A DNA stretch of 59,206 bases from positions 49,054,723-49,113,928 of the forward strand of contig NC_057719.1 in assembly GCF_004010195.1 (NCBI RefSeq), read 5' to 3'. The notes beneath the pieces are model-generated. The model saw only the letters and a list, made by a program, of their open reading frames with translations. It was not told the origin of the DNA and searched no databases. Of this stretch, positions 37,670-49,600 are shown piece by piece (position 1 is the stretch's first letter; the number at the start of each line of letters is the position of its first letter). The position numbers and the translations under genes are program-made. The stretch comes from Chiloscyllium plagiosum (lineage: Eukaryota).

Positions 37670-40570
37670 AAAACGATTGGGGAGGTTTAAACTAATGTGC
37701 CAGGGGAACGGGAATCGAATGAGGAGGTTAGTAGACAGTAAGAAGGTAATAACTAATGCCTGAAAGGAATTAGATAATGAAGTCAGTGTGACTAAGGAGA
37801 GGAGGAGGCAGGGAGCAGATGATGAATGCAAAGGGACATTTGGTCTGAGGTGCATTTGTTTTAATGCGAGAAGTGTAGAAGGGAAGGCAGATGAACTTAG
37901 GGCTTGGATTAGTATCTGGGAGTGTGCTGTTATTGCTAGCACTGAGACTTGATTGAAGGAAGGGCATGATTGGCAACTAAATATCCCAGGACATAGATGC
38001 TTCAGGTGGGATAGAGAGGGAGGAAAAGGGATGGAGGAGTTGCATTACTGGTCAGAGAGGATATCACAGTGTGCTGAAGGAGGGCAGTATGGAGGACTCA
38101 AGCAGTGAGGCAATATGGGCAGCTAAGAAATAGAAAGAGTGTGGTAACAATGTTGGGATTGTACTACAGGTCTCCCAACAGCAAGTGTGAGATAGAGGTA
38201 CAAATATGTAAACAGATTATGAAAAGATGTAGGAACAATAGGGTGGTGGTGATAGGAGGTTTTAATTTTCCCAACATTGACTGGGATTTGCTTAGTATTA
38301 GGGGTTTAAATGGAGCTGAATTTGTAAGGCAACTAAATAAGTTTTAGAATACTCGTGGACAAAGACGAGAGTGGTTCTAAAGGAAGAGTGCTAAATTGGG
38401 GAAAGGCCAACAATAACAAAATTCAGCAGGAGCTGGGGAATGTGCTTTGGGGGCAGCTGTTTGAAGATAAAGCATAATAAATACTCAAGGGGCCCAAGGA
38501 GATGGTGGGGGTGGGGGAGGGGGTAGTTGGATGAAATATATGCAATAACTATCACTAGAGAAGGCGTTTAAAGAGAGGTTGATTAGAGTGCAGGATAGAC
38601 ATGTCCCTGTGAAAATGAGGGATAGGAATGGCAAGATTACGAAACATGGATGACAGGTAATATTGTGAGACTCGCTAAGAAGAAAAAAGAAGCATATCGA
38701 AAGTCTAGGCAACTGAAAACGGACAAAGCTTTGAAAGAATATTGGGAAAATAGGACCAATCTGAAATGAGTAATTAAGAGGGCTAAAAGGGGTCATGAAA
38801 TATCTTTAGCAAACAGGGTTAAGTAAAGTCCCAAAGCCTTTCATTCATATATAAGGAGCAAGAGGGTAACAAGCAAAAGGGTTGCTCCCCTCAAGGATAG
38901 AGGAGGAAAGTTATGTGTGGAGTCAGAGAAAATGGGTGAGATTCTTAATGAGTACTTTGCATCGGTATTCACCGAGGAGAGGGACATGAAGGATGTTCAG
39001 GTTAGGATTGGATGTTTGATTACTCTAGGTCAAGTCGGCAAAAGGAAGGAGGAAGAGTTAGGTATTCTAAAAGGCATTAAGTTGGACAAGTCTATTTCAG
39101 GTTACTGAGGGAAGTGAGAGACAAAATAGCTGAGGAATTAACAGACATCTTTGCAGCATCCTTGAACACAGGTGAGTTCCTGGAGGACTGGAGAATTGCT
39201 AATGATGTCCCCTTACTTAAGAAGGGTAGTAGGGGTAATCCATGTAATTGTAGACCGGTGAGTCTGATGTCAGTGGTAGGGAAGCTGCTGGATCTACTTA
39301 TATTTGGAAAAAAATGGGCTTATAAGTGATAGGCAATATGTTTTTTGGAGGGAAGATCAGTGTTACCAACTTAATAGAATTCATTGAGAAAGTAACAAAA
39401 TTGATTGATGAGGGCTGTAGATGTCATTTACATGGACTTCAGTAAGGCATTTGATAAGGTTCCCCAAGGTAGGCTGATGGAGAAAGTGAAATCACAGGGG
39501 TCCAGGATATACTAGCTACATGGATAGGTGACTGGCTGGGCAATAGGAGGCAGAGAGTAGTAGTGGAAAGGAGTTTCTCAAAATGGAGAACTGTGACCAG
39601 TGGTTCCACAGGGATCCATGTTGGGACCACTATTGTTTGTGATATACATAAATGATCTGCAGGAAGATATAGGTGGTCTGATTAGCAAGTTTGCAGATGG
39701 CACTAAGATTAGTGGAGTAGCAGATAGTGAAGGGGACTGTCAGAATGCAGCAGAATATAGGTAGATGGGAGAGTTGGGCAGAGAGATCCAATTCAAGAGC
39801 GAATTATACAGTAAATGAAAAAGCCCTGAGGAAAATTGATGTACACAGAGGTCTGGGTGTTCAGGTCTATTGTACCTTGAAGGTGGTAATGCACGTCGAT
39901 AGAGTTGTCAAGAAGACGTAAGGCATGCTTTCCTTCATCAGCCGGGGTATTGAGTACAAGAGCTGGCAGGTCATGTGACAGTTGTGTAGGACTTTGGTTC
40001 AGCCACATTTGGAATACTGCATACAGTCTAGTTGCCACATTACCAAAAGGATCTGGATGCTTTGGAGAGGGTGCAGAGGAGGTTAACCAGGATGTTGCCT
40101 GGTATGGAGGACAGTAGCTACGAAGAGAGGCTCAGTAGATTAGAATTATTATCATTAGAAAGACAAAAGTTGAGGGGGGACCTGATTGAGGTCTACAAAA
40201 TCGTGAGAGCTTTGGACAGGGTGGATAGAAAGAAGCTTTTTCCCAAAGTGGGGGACTCAATTACTAGGGGTCATGAGTCCAAGATGAGAGGGGAAAATTT
40301 TAATGGAGATATGCATGGAAAGTTCTTTACACAGAGGGTGGTGGGTGCCTGGAACACCTTGCCAGCTGAGGTGGTAGAAGCGGGCACGAAAGTGTCATTT
40401 AAGATGTATATATGTATATACAGATACATGAAAGGGCAGGGAGCAGAGGGATACAGATCCTTAGAAAATAGGTGACAGGTTTAGGTAGAGGATCTGGTTT
40501 GGCGCAGGCATGGAGGGGCAAAGGGCCTGTTCCTGTGCTGTAATTTTGTTTGTTCTTTTCTTTGTTCCTT
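37670..40570 (+). mobile_element. CR1 LINE with APE endonuclease and RT remnants
   Basis: CICFNARSV..KADELRAWI...TET, GLYYRSPN, VIGGFNFPNIDW, EDWRIAN and FFTQRVVGAWNTLP; (TTTGTTC)-like tail. Confidence 0.92.
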
Positions 40571-43133
40571 GATTAATGTCCTCTATCATGAACTGACACA
40601 AAAAATTGATTCAATTCCTTTGCCATTTCCAAGGTCTCATTCTGTAAGTAGCCTAAGAAGCTTTTGTATCTGTTTTTATATTACTTGCTAATTTACCTTC
40701 ATACTTTATTTCCTTCCCCTCATTTTTTTTTTGTTATCTTTTGTTGAGTTTTCAAACCTTTCCAAAGCTCTCATTTGCCACTACTTTTTGCCACATTGTA
40801 TGTTTTTCCTTTGAAGTTGATACAATCCTTAACTTTGTTCATTAACCACGGTTAGTTTATCGCCAACCTAGAATCATTTTTCCTCATTGGGATATATCTT
40901 TGCACTGAGTCATGAACCAGTTACTTAAATGTCTACCATTGTTTGTCAACTGCCTTTCGATTAAACACTTTTCACAATGCACCGCAGCCAACTCAGCCCT
41001 CATCCCTACATAATTACCCTTATTTTGTCTTGAATCATCCATCTCCTTTTTGAAGACAGAGACAAAGTTCACAGTAAGAACCTTGTCCACATTTTCACTA
41101 CTCACACACATTACCATGTACATCTCTGATAGGCCTTACCCTTTCCTTAGTTATACTCTTGCTCTCAACGCACTGTTAAAATATTTCTGCGTTTTCATTT
41201 ACTTTAGAGTCATAGAGATGTACAGCACAGAAACAGACCTTCCGGTCCAACCCGTCCATGCCGACCAGATATCCCAACCCAATCTAGTCTCACCTGCCAG
41301 CACCCGGCCCATATCCCTTCAAATCCTTCCTATTCAAATAACCATCCAGATGCCTTTTAAATATTGCAATTGTACGAGCCTCCACCACTTCCTCTGGCAG
41401 CTCATTTCATACATGTACCACCTTCTGCGTGAAAAAAAGTTGGCCCTCAGGTCTCTTTTATTTCTTTCCCCTCTCACCCTAAACCTATGCCCTCTAGTTC
41501 TGGACTCCCCAACCCCAGGGAAGAGACTTTGTCTATTTATCCTAACCATGACCCTCATGATTTTAAAAATCTCTATAAGGAGACCCCTCAGCCTTCGACA
41601 CTCCAGGGAAAATAGCCCCAGCCTGTTCTGCCTCTCCCTGTAGCTCAGATCCTCCAACCCTGGCAACATTCTTGTAAATCTTTTCTAAACCCTTCCTAAT
41701 TTCAAAACATCCTAGAAAGGAGACCAGAATTGCATACGATTTTCCAAAATTGGCCTAACCGATATCCTGTACAGCCACAACATGGCCTTCCAACTCCTGT
41801 ACTCAATACTCTGACTAATAAAGAAAAGCATACCAAATGCCTTCTTCATTATCCTATCTACCTGCGACTCCACTTTCAATGAGCTATGAACCTGCACTCC
41901 AAGTTTGTTTGCTTTGTTCAGTGACACTCCCTTGGACCTTGCCATTAAGTGTGTAAATCCTGCTAAGATTTGCTTTCCCAAAATGCAGCACCTCACACTT
42001 ATTTAAATTAAACTCCATCTGCCACTTCTCAGCCCACTGGCCCATCTGATCAAGATCCCTTTGTAATCGCTGTCCACTACACCTCCAATTTCAGTGTCAT
42101 CTGCAAACTTACTAACTATCTTCTTATGCTCACATCCAAATCATTTACATAAATGATGAAAATTAGTGGACCTAGCACTGATCCTTATGGCACTCCAATG
42201 GTCACAGGCCTCCAGTCAGAAAAACAACCTTTCACTACCCTCTGTCTTCTACCTTTGAGCCAGTTCTGTATCCAAATGACAAGTTTTACTTGTATTCCAT
42301 GATATCTAACCTTGCTAACCGGTCTCCCATGGGGAACCTTGTCGAACATCTTACAGAAGTCCATATATCTCATGTCCACCGCTCTGCCCTCATCAATCCT
42401 CTTTGTTACTTCTTCAAAAAACTCAATCAAGTTTGTGAGACATGATTTCCCAATACATGTACACCCTGTCCCTCAGGATTCCCTCCAACAACTTGCCCAC
42501 CGCCGACCTCAGGAACACTGGTCTATAGTTCCCTGGCTTGACTTTACCGCCCTTCTTAAACAGTGGCACCACGTTTGCCAACCTCTAGTCTTCCGGCACC
42601 TCACCTGTCACTATCGATGATACAAATATCTCAGCAAGAGGCTCAGCAATCACTTCTCTAGCTTCCCACAGAGTTCTAGGGTACACCTGATCAGGCCCTG
42701 GGGATTTATCCACTTTTTCAAGACATCCAGCACTTCCTCCTCTGTAATATGGACATTTTTCAAAATGTCACCATCTATTTTCCTACATTCTATATCTTCC
42801 ATGTCCTTTTCCACAGTAAACACTGATGCAAAATGCTCATTCAGTATCTCCCCCATCTCCTGCGGTTCCACACAAAGGTAGCCTTGCTGATCTTTGAGGG
42901 GCTCTATTCTCTCACTACTTATCCTTTTGTCCTTAATGTATTTCTAAAAATCCTTTGGATTCTCCTTAACTCTATCTGCCAAAGCTGTCTTATGTCCCCT
43001 TTTTGCCCTCCTGATTTCCCTCTTAAGTATACTCTTACTTCCTTTATACTCTTCTAAGGATTCATTTGATCTATCCTGTCTATGCCTGACATATGCTTCC
43101 TTCTTTTTCTTAACCAAACCCTTAATTTCTTTC

Positions 43134-43222
43134 CTGAGGAAGAGCTTATGCCCGCAACGTTGATTCTCCCATTCCCTGGATGCTGCCTGACCTGCTGCGC
43201 TTTTCCAGCAACACATTTTCAG
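43134..43222 (+). mobile_element. 89-bp PLE-derived insert beginning at a hammerhead core, 14-bp TSD
   Basis: CCTTAATTTCTTTC at 43120-43133 and 43223-43236; CTGAGGA-A-GAGC-TTAT-GCCC-GCAA-CG-TT-GATT (GAAA mutated to GCAA). Confidence 0.85.
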
Positions 43223-43307
43223 CCTTAATTTCTTTCATCACCCAGCGTCCCTAGCCTACCAGCCTTTCCTTTCACCCTAACATGAATATACTGTTTCTGG
43301 ACTTTCA

Positions 43308-43637
43308 TTGTGTACAAGATGATTAGGGGGTTAGATAGGGTTGACAGTGTGAACCTTTTCCCGCGTATGGAGTCGGGTATTACAAGGGGGCATAGCTTTA
43401 AATTAAGGAGGGGTAGATCTCGGACTGAAGTTAGGGGTAGGTTCTTCACTCAGCGAGTCGTAAGTTCATGGAATGCCCTGCCAGTAGCAGTGGTGGACTC
43501 TCCCTCTTTATGGGCATTTAAGCGGGCATTGGATAGGTATATGGAGGATAGTGGGTTAGTATAGGTTAGGTGGGCTTGGATCGGCGCAACATCGAGGGCC
43601 AAAGGGCCTGTACTGCGCTGTATTCTTCTATGTTCTA
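43308..43637 (+). mobile_element. CR1 3' end nested antisense in a CR1
   Basis: YKMIRGLDRVD...FFTQRVVSSWNALP; tail tattcttctatgttcta; same family as 1971-3850. Confidence 0.92.
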
Positions 43638-44519
43638 TTATGTCATGTCTGAAGGCTTCCCATTTTCCAGCCGTCCCTTTACCTCCAAACATCTGCCCTC
43701 AGTCAGCTTTTGAAAGTTCTTGCCTAATACCGTCAAAATTGGCCTTTCTCCAATTTAGAACTTCAACTTTTAGACCTGGTCTATCCTTTTCCATCACTAT
43801 TTCAAAACTAATAGAATTATGGTCGCTTACCCCAAAGTGGTCCCCCACTGACATCTCACTCACCTGCCCTGCCTTATTTCCCAAGAGTAGGTCAGGTTTT
43901 GCTTCTTCTCTAGTAGGTACATCCACATAAAGAATCAGAAAATTTTCTTGTACGCACTTAACAAATTCTTCTCCATCTAAACCCTTAACACTATGGCAGT
44001 CCCAGTCTACGTTTAGAAAGTTAAAATCCCTTACATGGAAAATTTTTTCATGTCCTCCGTTTGTTTTCTTAATTTCCTTCTTAATTTCATTCCTGCACTT
44101 CCTATTTTCCTCCATGTTTTTGTGACAACCGTAGATTTTCTTTCTCTACTTCTTCTTACCCTGTATGCTTCTGGATAACTAGAGGTTTCTCAATTTGGCT
44201 GAATCAGATTTTTTCTCTGTGGGAGCATGTTGTTTGTAGAATCTCACCTTTGAACGCCATGATTTTCTTCCAAATAATACAGCTAGTCCAACTTCATCAG
44301 ATTATCTCTCAACTTCGTAAAATCTATCTTCCGCCAATTTAGAATTTTTAATCATTTGACCTTTTTCCTTTTTCATAATGATGTATACCTATATAGGTAA
44401 TGATCAGTATTACCAAAATGGTCACGCAATGTTACTTTATTTCCAAGTACTGAATCTGGAACTGCATCCCTGTTGAAGGGGACAGAGGGATAAAGAGAGG
44501 GATCAGGATTAGAACGCAG

Positions 44520-45650
44520 TAGCTTCCATAGTTTAATAAAGTGTGAATGTTTGGAATGAGTGTATATATACTTAGTTAAATGATGCCACTTGGTCTGCTA
44601 GCCGATAATCTGAGATACAGAGTTAGGTGATCTTTTCCCAGAGTAGGCAAAGGATTTCCAACTGAACTCTTTGTGGCCTGAGGTCTTCACCATTGTCTTC
44701 ATGATATCATAAGTGGTGATTAAGGGCAGATCTTTGCACAACCTGTTAAGTTGATGATCACTGGATCAATGTGGTCAAAATAAGGCTATCTGGAGTAATG
44801 AGGTGAATCTTTTGTCATGACTCTGAAAGTAATGGATCCAAGGAATGGAATCTCCTAGTCATAGTGCAGTCATCGTTTACCACATCCATGGATACATACA
44901 GTGTGTTAAATGAAAGGATATTTGTAGCTATACTTGTATTCAGTTTTGCATATAGGTTACACAAATTCTTCTTCGGTGGGCGTATAATCCATATAACCAA
45001 TATGCTCTATGCTAAACATCTACACATTTTGTGCATCAATGCCCTGGACATTCTTACCAACTGATTGAGTAGCATGGTTCGATATTTTGAGGATTTTGTC
45101 TTGATTGTCTTGTTTGGTATATGCTCTTGATTGGAATGCTGTACTTATCTGGTCTCTGGCAGTAGTTAGCATGACATCAAATCACTTATTTTGACCTCTG
45201 ATGTTTGCATTTGCTCTCCTCTACTGAAGTCCTCTGAAACTACATACCTTGCATACAGCATTAAAAGCCTAGCAATTTCTGGGCACATGTATGAGACCAC
45301 ACCATCCGCCTTGATCATCAGGCTTGTCTGTATTGACTATCATTTCAGGATGGATGCATTATGCATAGCTTGTAGACTCTGTCTATCAACTTGTATGGCT
45401 TTGGATTTGGCCCATTTTGCAATAGTAATCTTTGAAATGGCCCAAGATATCTTCAGGAACACTTCCACTGAGGTACATACTATCACAACCTCAATTATTT
45501 TGTTTACCAGCTCTGCCATGAAGTCACATTTGTTTCTGTATGAATTGATCAATGATGTCCAAGAGTTGATACCTAAAGGATATAAATTCCAAATAGTGTA
45601 TTCTGATGGTAAATATAATCTATAATGTATCTGTGAATATAACCATATTT
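44520..45650 (-). mobile_element. Decayed LTR retrotransposon gag-protease remnant (Gypsy-like)
   Basis: Minus strand: KCDF..ELVNKIIEVVI (gag-like), HVPRNC*AFNAVCKVC (zinc knuckle-like) and LYAKLNTSIATNIL (degenerate KLDTGA protease site), in the expected order. Confidence 0.5.
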
Positions 45651-45959
45651 TATCTGGATTTTAAAATGGCCTTTGAACAGGTCTGACATGTTCAGTCTGT
45701 AGAGACCATCACTGTCATGACAATTTTAAATTTGATGCTTTGTTTATCAGGTTCAGAAATATTGAGGACCAGAAAACACAGCTTGATACATTGTCAGAAC
45801 AAAGTAAATCCAGGGAGAAGATCTGCAATTAAGTCTTGCAAATATGTGTTAGAAAACTTGTGATCACCTTTTACCTTTTTGCAGGGTTTTAAATGTTATC
45901 TGGTACTTTTGACAGTTATTCAATGTTTTAATTGTATTGACCACCACTATGATTTGTTA

Positions 45960-46322
45960 GGGGCCCTGAATGGCACACTTGGTTGAATGCTGACTTGATG
46001 TCAACAGCTATTACTCTCTCCTCTGGAATTCAGCTCTTTTGTCCATGTTTGGATGAAGGTTGTGATGAGGTCAGGAGCTGAGTGGCCCTGGCAGAACCCA
46101 GTCTGGGCGTCAGTGAGCAGGTCACAGCTGAGCAGATGCTGCTTGATGGCACTGTTGATGACACCTTCCATCACTTTACTGATGATGGGGAGCATGTCAG
46201 TCACCCTACAGCACATGGACTGCAACAGTTTAAGAAGACAGCTCACCACCATCTTCTCAACAGTAACTAGGGATGGGCAATAAATACTGACCTGCCAGCG
46301 ATATTCCACAAGTGAGTTGAAA
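45960..46322. mobile_element. CR1/L2-group LINE fragments in inverted arrangement
   Basis: Minus strand gives SKVMEGVINSAIKQHL...QTGFCQGHSAPDLIT; 46205-46322 is a plus-strand 3' end like 36740-36860. Confidence 0.75.
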
Positions 46323-46390
46323 AACAACATAATTTATTCAAGCTAAATATATGTCTCCAGTTCTATGAGGCTAAGTTTTGTTAACCCGTC

Positions 46391-46703
46391 TGCAATGACT
46401 CTAACAAGTGCAGTCAGGTGGACATCATAGAATAGGAGTTTCCTGACTGGACCAGATTAACAGCCCCAAACAGGGAGCCCTGGCTGACAGATATAAACAA
46501 GAGTGTTCCTCCGTCCAGGGACTGACTTTGAGCTAGCTGGTCACAGTCCATGTACAGGGCTCAAAAAAAAACAACAGGGATCTCAGACATCCTGTTCACT
46601 CTGAGAGCTGTCTCGAAGGAAGCCAGACCTTTATCAAGGACTCTCCATGTGTAAATAAAGAGTGACTTGGCAACAGAATACTGGGCTCTGTGCAGTTATT
46701 TAA
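46391..46703 (+). repeat. Solo LTR related to 11054-11290
   Basis: Shares caggtg..ca.agaat..gagtt.cctga.tgga, ccctggctgacagata, catcctgttcactctgagagctg, tcaaggactctc.atgtgtaaataaag and agttattt; has about 75 bp extra in the middle; TSD not evident. Confidence 0.85.
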
Positions 46704-46799
46704 TGATGTGATACTTTGTCAAGATTCATATTGATAACTTCCATTGCAGTAGCTTTAATCTTGAGTTCATCGAAATATTTCATTAGATTAGTCAAACCA

Positions 46800-47017
46800 A
46801 ATAAAACCAAAAGAACTGTGTAAGCTATAAATCAGAAACAAAACAGAAATTGCCTGAAAAGCTGAGCAGGTCTTGCAGTATCTGTGAGGAGAAATCAGAG
46901 TTAATGTTTCTGGTCCATTTCTGAGGAAGGGTCACCAGACCCGAAACATCAACTCATATTTCTCTTCACAGATGCTGCCAGACCTGCTCAGCTTTTCCAT
47001 CAATTTTGGTTTTGTTC
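46800..47017. mobile_element. Palindromic PLE-derived insert with intact hammerhead core and 9-bp TSD
   Basis: GTCAAACCA at 46791-46799 and 47018-47026; inverted arms at about 46835-46916 and 46938-47017; CTGAGGA(46921-46927)-A-GGGTC-ACCA-GACCC-GAAA(46943-46946)-CA-TC. Confidence 0.85.
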
Positions 47018-47309
47018 GTCAAACCACATGTTGTGTTTCAAGAAGGGCAACAAGCCAATGTGTTTAACAACAGCAGGAAGTTTCTTTAAGGAGATATTCT
47101 CTCTGCAAGGCAGCAAGCTAAACTGAACTGTTTCAGCCAATGACAGCTTCGCTATGTCACATGATCAGACACAATTTGACAGTCCAACTTACTTAAATAA
47201 ATATACACTGCAAGATCAGCCTTTACAAAACTGTTTCCCTCCTTTACTCATTTTGCGACTGCTCATAACACGTTCCTGTGCTTTTTTTGTATTGTTTTGT
47301 TTTTACTTG

Positions 47310-49600
47310 TTAATGAGATGTGGGCATCACCTGCAAGTACAGCATTCATTGCCTATCCCTAATGATCCTGCAGAAGATGGTTACTGGCTTCCTTCCTAAG
47401 CCAGTACAGTCTTTGAGGTGGTCATACACCCACAGTGCCGACCGGGAGGGAATTCCAGCATTTTGACCCAGTGTTCCTGAAAGAGCAGTGATACAATTCC
47501 AAGTGAGAATGGTGTGTGGCGTGGAGGGACGCTTGTATCTGCAGACCTTGTAATTTTAAGTGGTAGAGGTCACAGGTACGAAAGGAACTGAGGAAGTCCA
47601 GGTGAGTTTCTCCACTTCGTCCTATAGACAGTACACACAGTTAGTATTGTGTGTCAGTGGTGGAAGGAGTTTAAATTGGCAAATGGATTGTAAATCCTGC
47701 TTTGTCCAGGATGGTGTTGATATTCTTGAGTGTTGCCAGAGATGCAATCATTTTGATGAGCAGACAATATTCCATCACACTTTGATTTGCCCTTTGTAGA
47801 TGGTGGACAGGTTTTTGGGTGTCAAGAGGTGGGTTGCTTATTACTCCTGACCTGTTCTACAGCCTTAGTATTAATCTGGCTGGTCTAGTTCAGTTTTTCA
47901 TCAATGGAGGTCCCATAATTTGCTGGTGAAGGATACAGCAATGCTAATGTCATTAGTTTGACACACTGCCTGGCACCTGTGAGGTGCAAATGTTATTTTC
48001 TATCTATCAGACTGAGACTGAACCTTGGATATGGAACATTTCAGTCTCTGAGGATTTTACTCTTCAGTGAACATCCCCACTTTTGAACTTATGATAAAGG
48101 CAAGATGAAACAGTTGAAGATTATAAGTCTTCAGATACTACCCTAAGGAAATCCAAGGAAATCCTGCAGAGATGTATTAACACTGAAATGACTGGCCTCC
48201 AACAACCACAATCATCTTGTCTTGTGCTGATATGACACCAAGCTGTGGAGAGTTTTCCTTCTGATTCCCATTGACTGTAGTTTTGCTAGGGCTTCTTGAT
48301 ACCATACTGGCTGTCTTGATGTTAAGGGAAGTCAATTGGTTTGGTGGTGAACATCTTGGGTTCAGCTCTTCTGTCCATGTTTGGATCAAGGCTGTCAAAA
48401 GATCAGAAGCTGAGTGGCTCTGGTGGTTCACAATCTGAACATAAGTGAGCAAATTATTACTGAGTAAGTGGTATTTGATAGCATTGTTGAGGGTCTTGAA
48501 AAGCTAACTTTTTCTCTCTTCAATGATGCTCCAAGACCTGTTGATTTCTCCAGCATTTTCTGTTTTTATTTCAGATCTCCAGCATTCATAATACATTGCT
48601 ATTATTAGGTAAATCTATGGCTACTTCTGGAGAACAAGTCTTCAATACCATTGCCAAAATGCTCCCTGTGACTCTAGGCTTTGCAGTATCTAGAGTCTTC
48701 CGCTGTGTCTTGGTATTATAGAGTGAATTGAAGATTGCCATCATGTGGTGCTGAGACTCAGAGGTTTGATCATCCAGTCAGCACTTCTGACAGTAGATGG
48801 TTGCAAATTCTTTGGCCTTTTCTTTTAAACTATCCTCTAAGCTCACCCATCATTGAGGATAGGGATGTTTGTGGAGCCGTCCCCATCTCTGGTTAGTTCA
48901 TGACATGATATGGCAGAACTGCAAGGGTAGGATCTGATCTATTGGTTTGGGGATCAGCTAGCTCTTTCTGTTTCATGCTGCCTCTGCCATTTGCAGCAGT
49001 TCTGTCTTGTAGCTTTCCAGGTGGACTCCACATTTTTAGGTATAGCTGGTGCTCCTTTTGATATGCCTTCCTGTAAACTCCATTTAATCAGTGTTGGTCT
49101 CCTGGCTTGATGGCAATGATAGAGTGATGGATATACTGGGTCAGGAGATTGCATATTGTAGTTGAATACCACTTTTGCTGCTACTGAAGGCCCACAATGC
49201 CAAATGGATGCCCCAGTTTGAGTCTTTAGATCTGTTTGAAATCTATCCCATTCAGAATGAAGAATCTGCTCAAAGTGAAGATGTGACTGTTGCCACAAGA
49301 ATTGTGTGATGGTCACTCCTCCTGAAAAAGTCTTTATAGATGTATTAGCAAGAGCTAGATTATTGAGGATGAGCTGCAGACCCAGTGTAGCAGTTATCTC
49401 TTTTAGCACTTGGCCAGTGAATGTGCTGAGAACCACTCTTCATGATGGACATCAAATTTCCTCAGAGTACATTCTGTGCTCTTGTTAGCTTCAAAGCTTC
49501 TTCCAATTGGTGTTTGATGTGAAGGAGTTCATCAGCTGAAGGCTGAGGGGTTGTGAGGGATGATAATCAGCAGGAGGTTTTCAAACCTTGGCCTGCCACT
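47310..49600 (-). mobile_element. Old CR1/L2-group LINE, same group as 36185-36865
   Basis: Reversed 3' end at 47310-47400; HSASDLLTALIQTWTEELN and VVVGGQS motifs; heavily decayed. Confidence 0.7.

Larger units (their letters stand above)
41205..44033 (-). mobile_element. CR1 LINE, 5'-truncated, same family as 5329-9878
   Basis: Tail tagagtcatagag at 41204; colinear with 5335-7652; RDFNFLNVDW and GVSDHNSI endonuclease C-terminal motifs. Confidence 0.93.

Noticed and set aside
41050..41643. 197-aa plus-strand ORF, and similar ORFs at 5349-5610, 21380-21763 and 29833-30210
   Set aside because: Antisense readings of the CR1 3' end, recurring in every copy; not host genes.
45751..45803. Exon-like segment (FRNIEDQKTQLDTLSEQ), and a similar one at about 50265-50319
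   Set aside because: Weak donor sites and no recognisable protein; compatible with chance.
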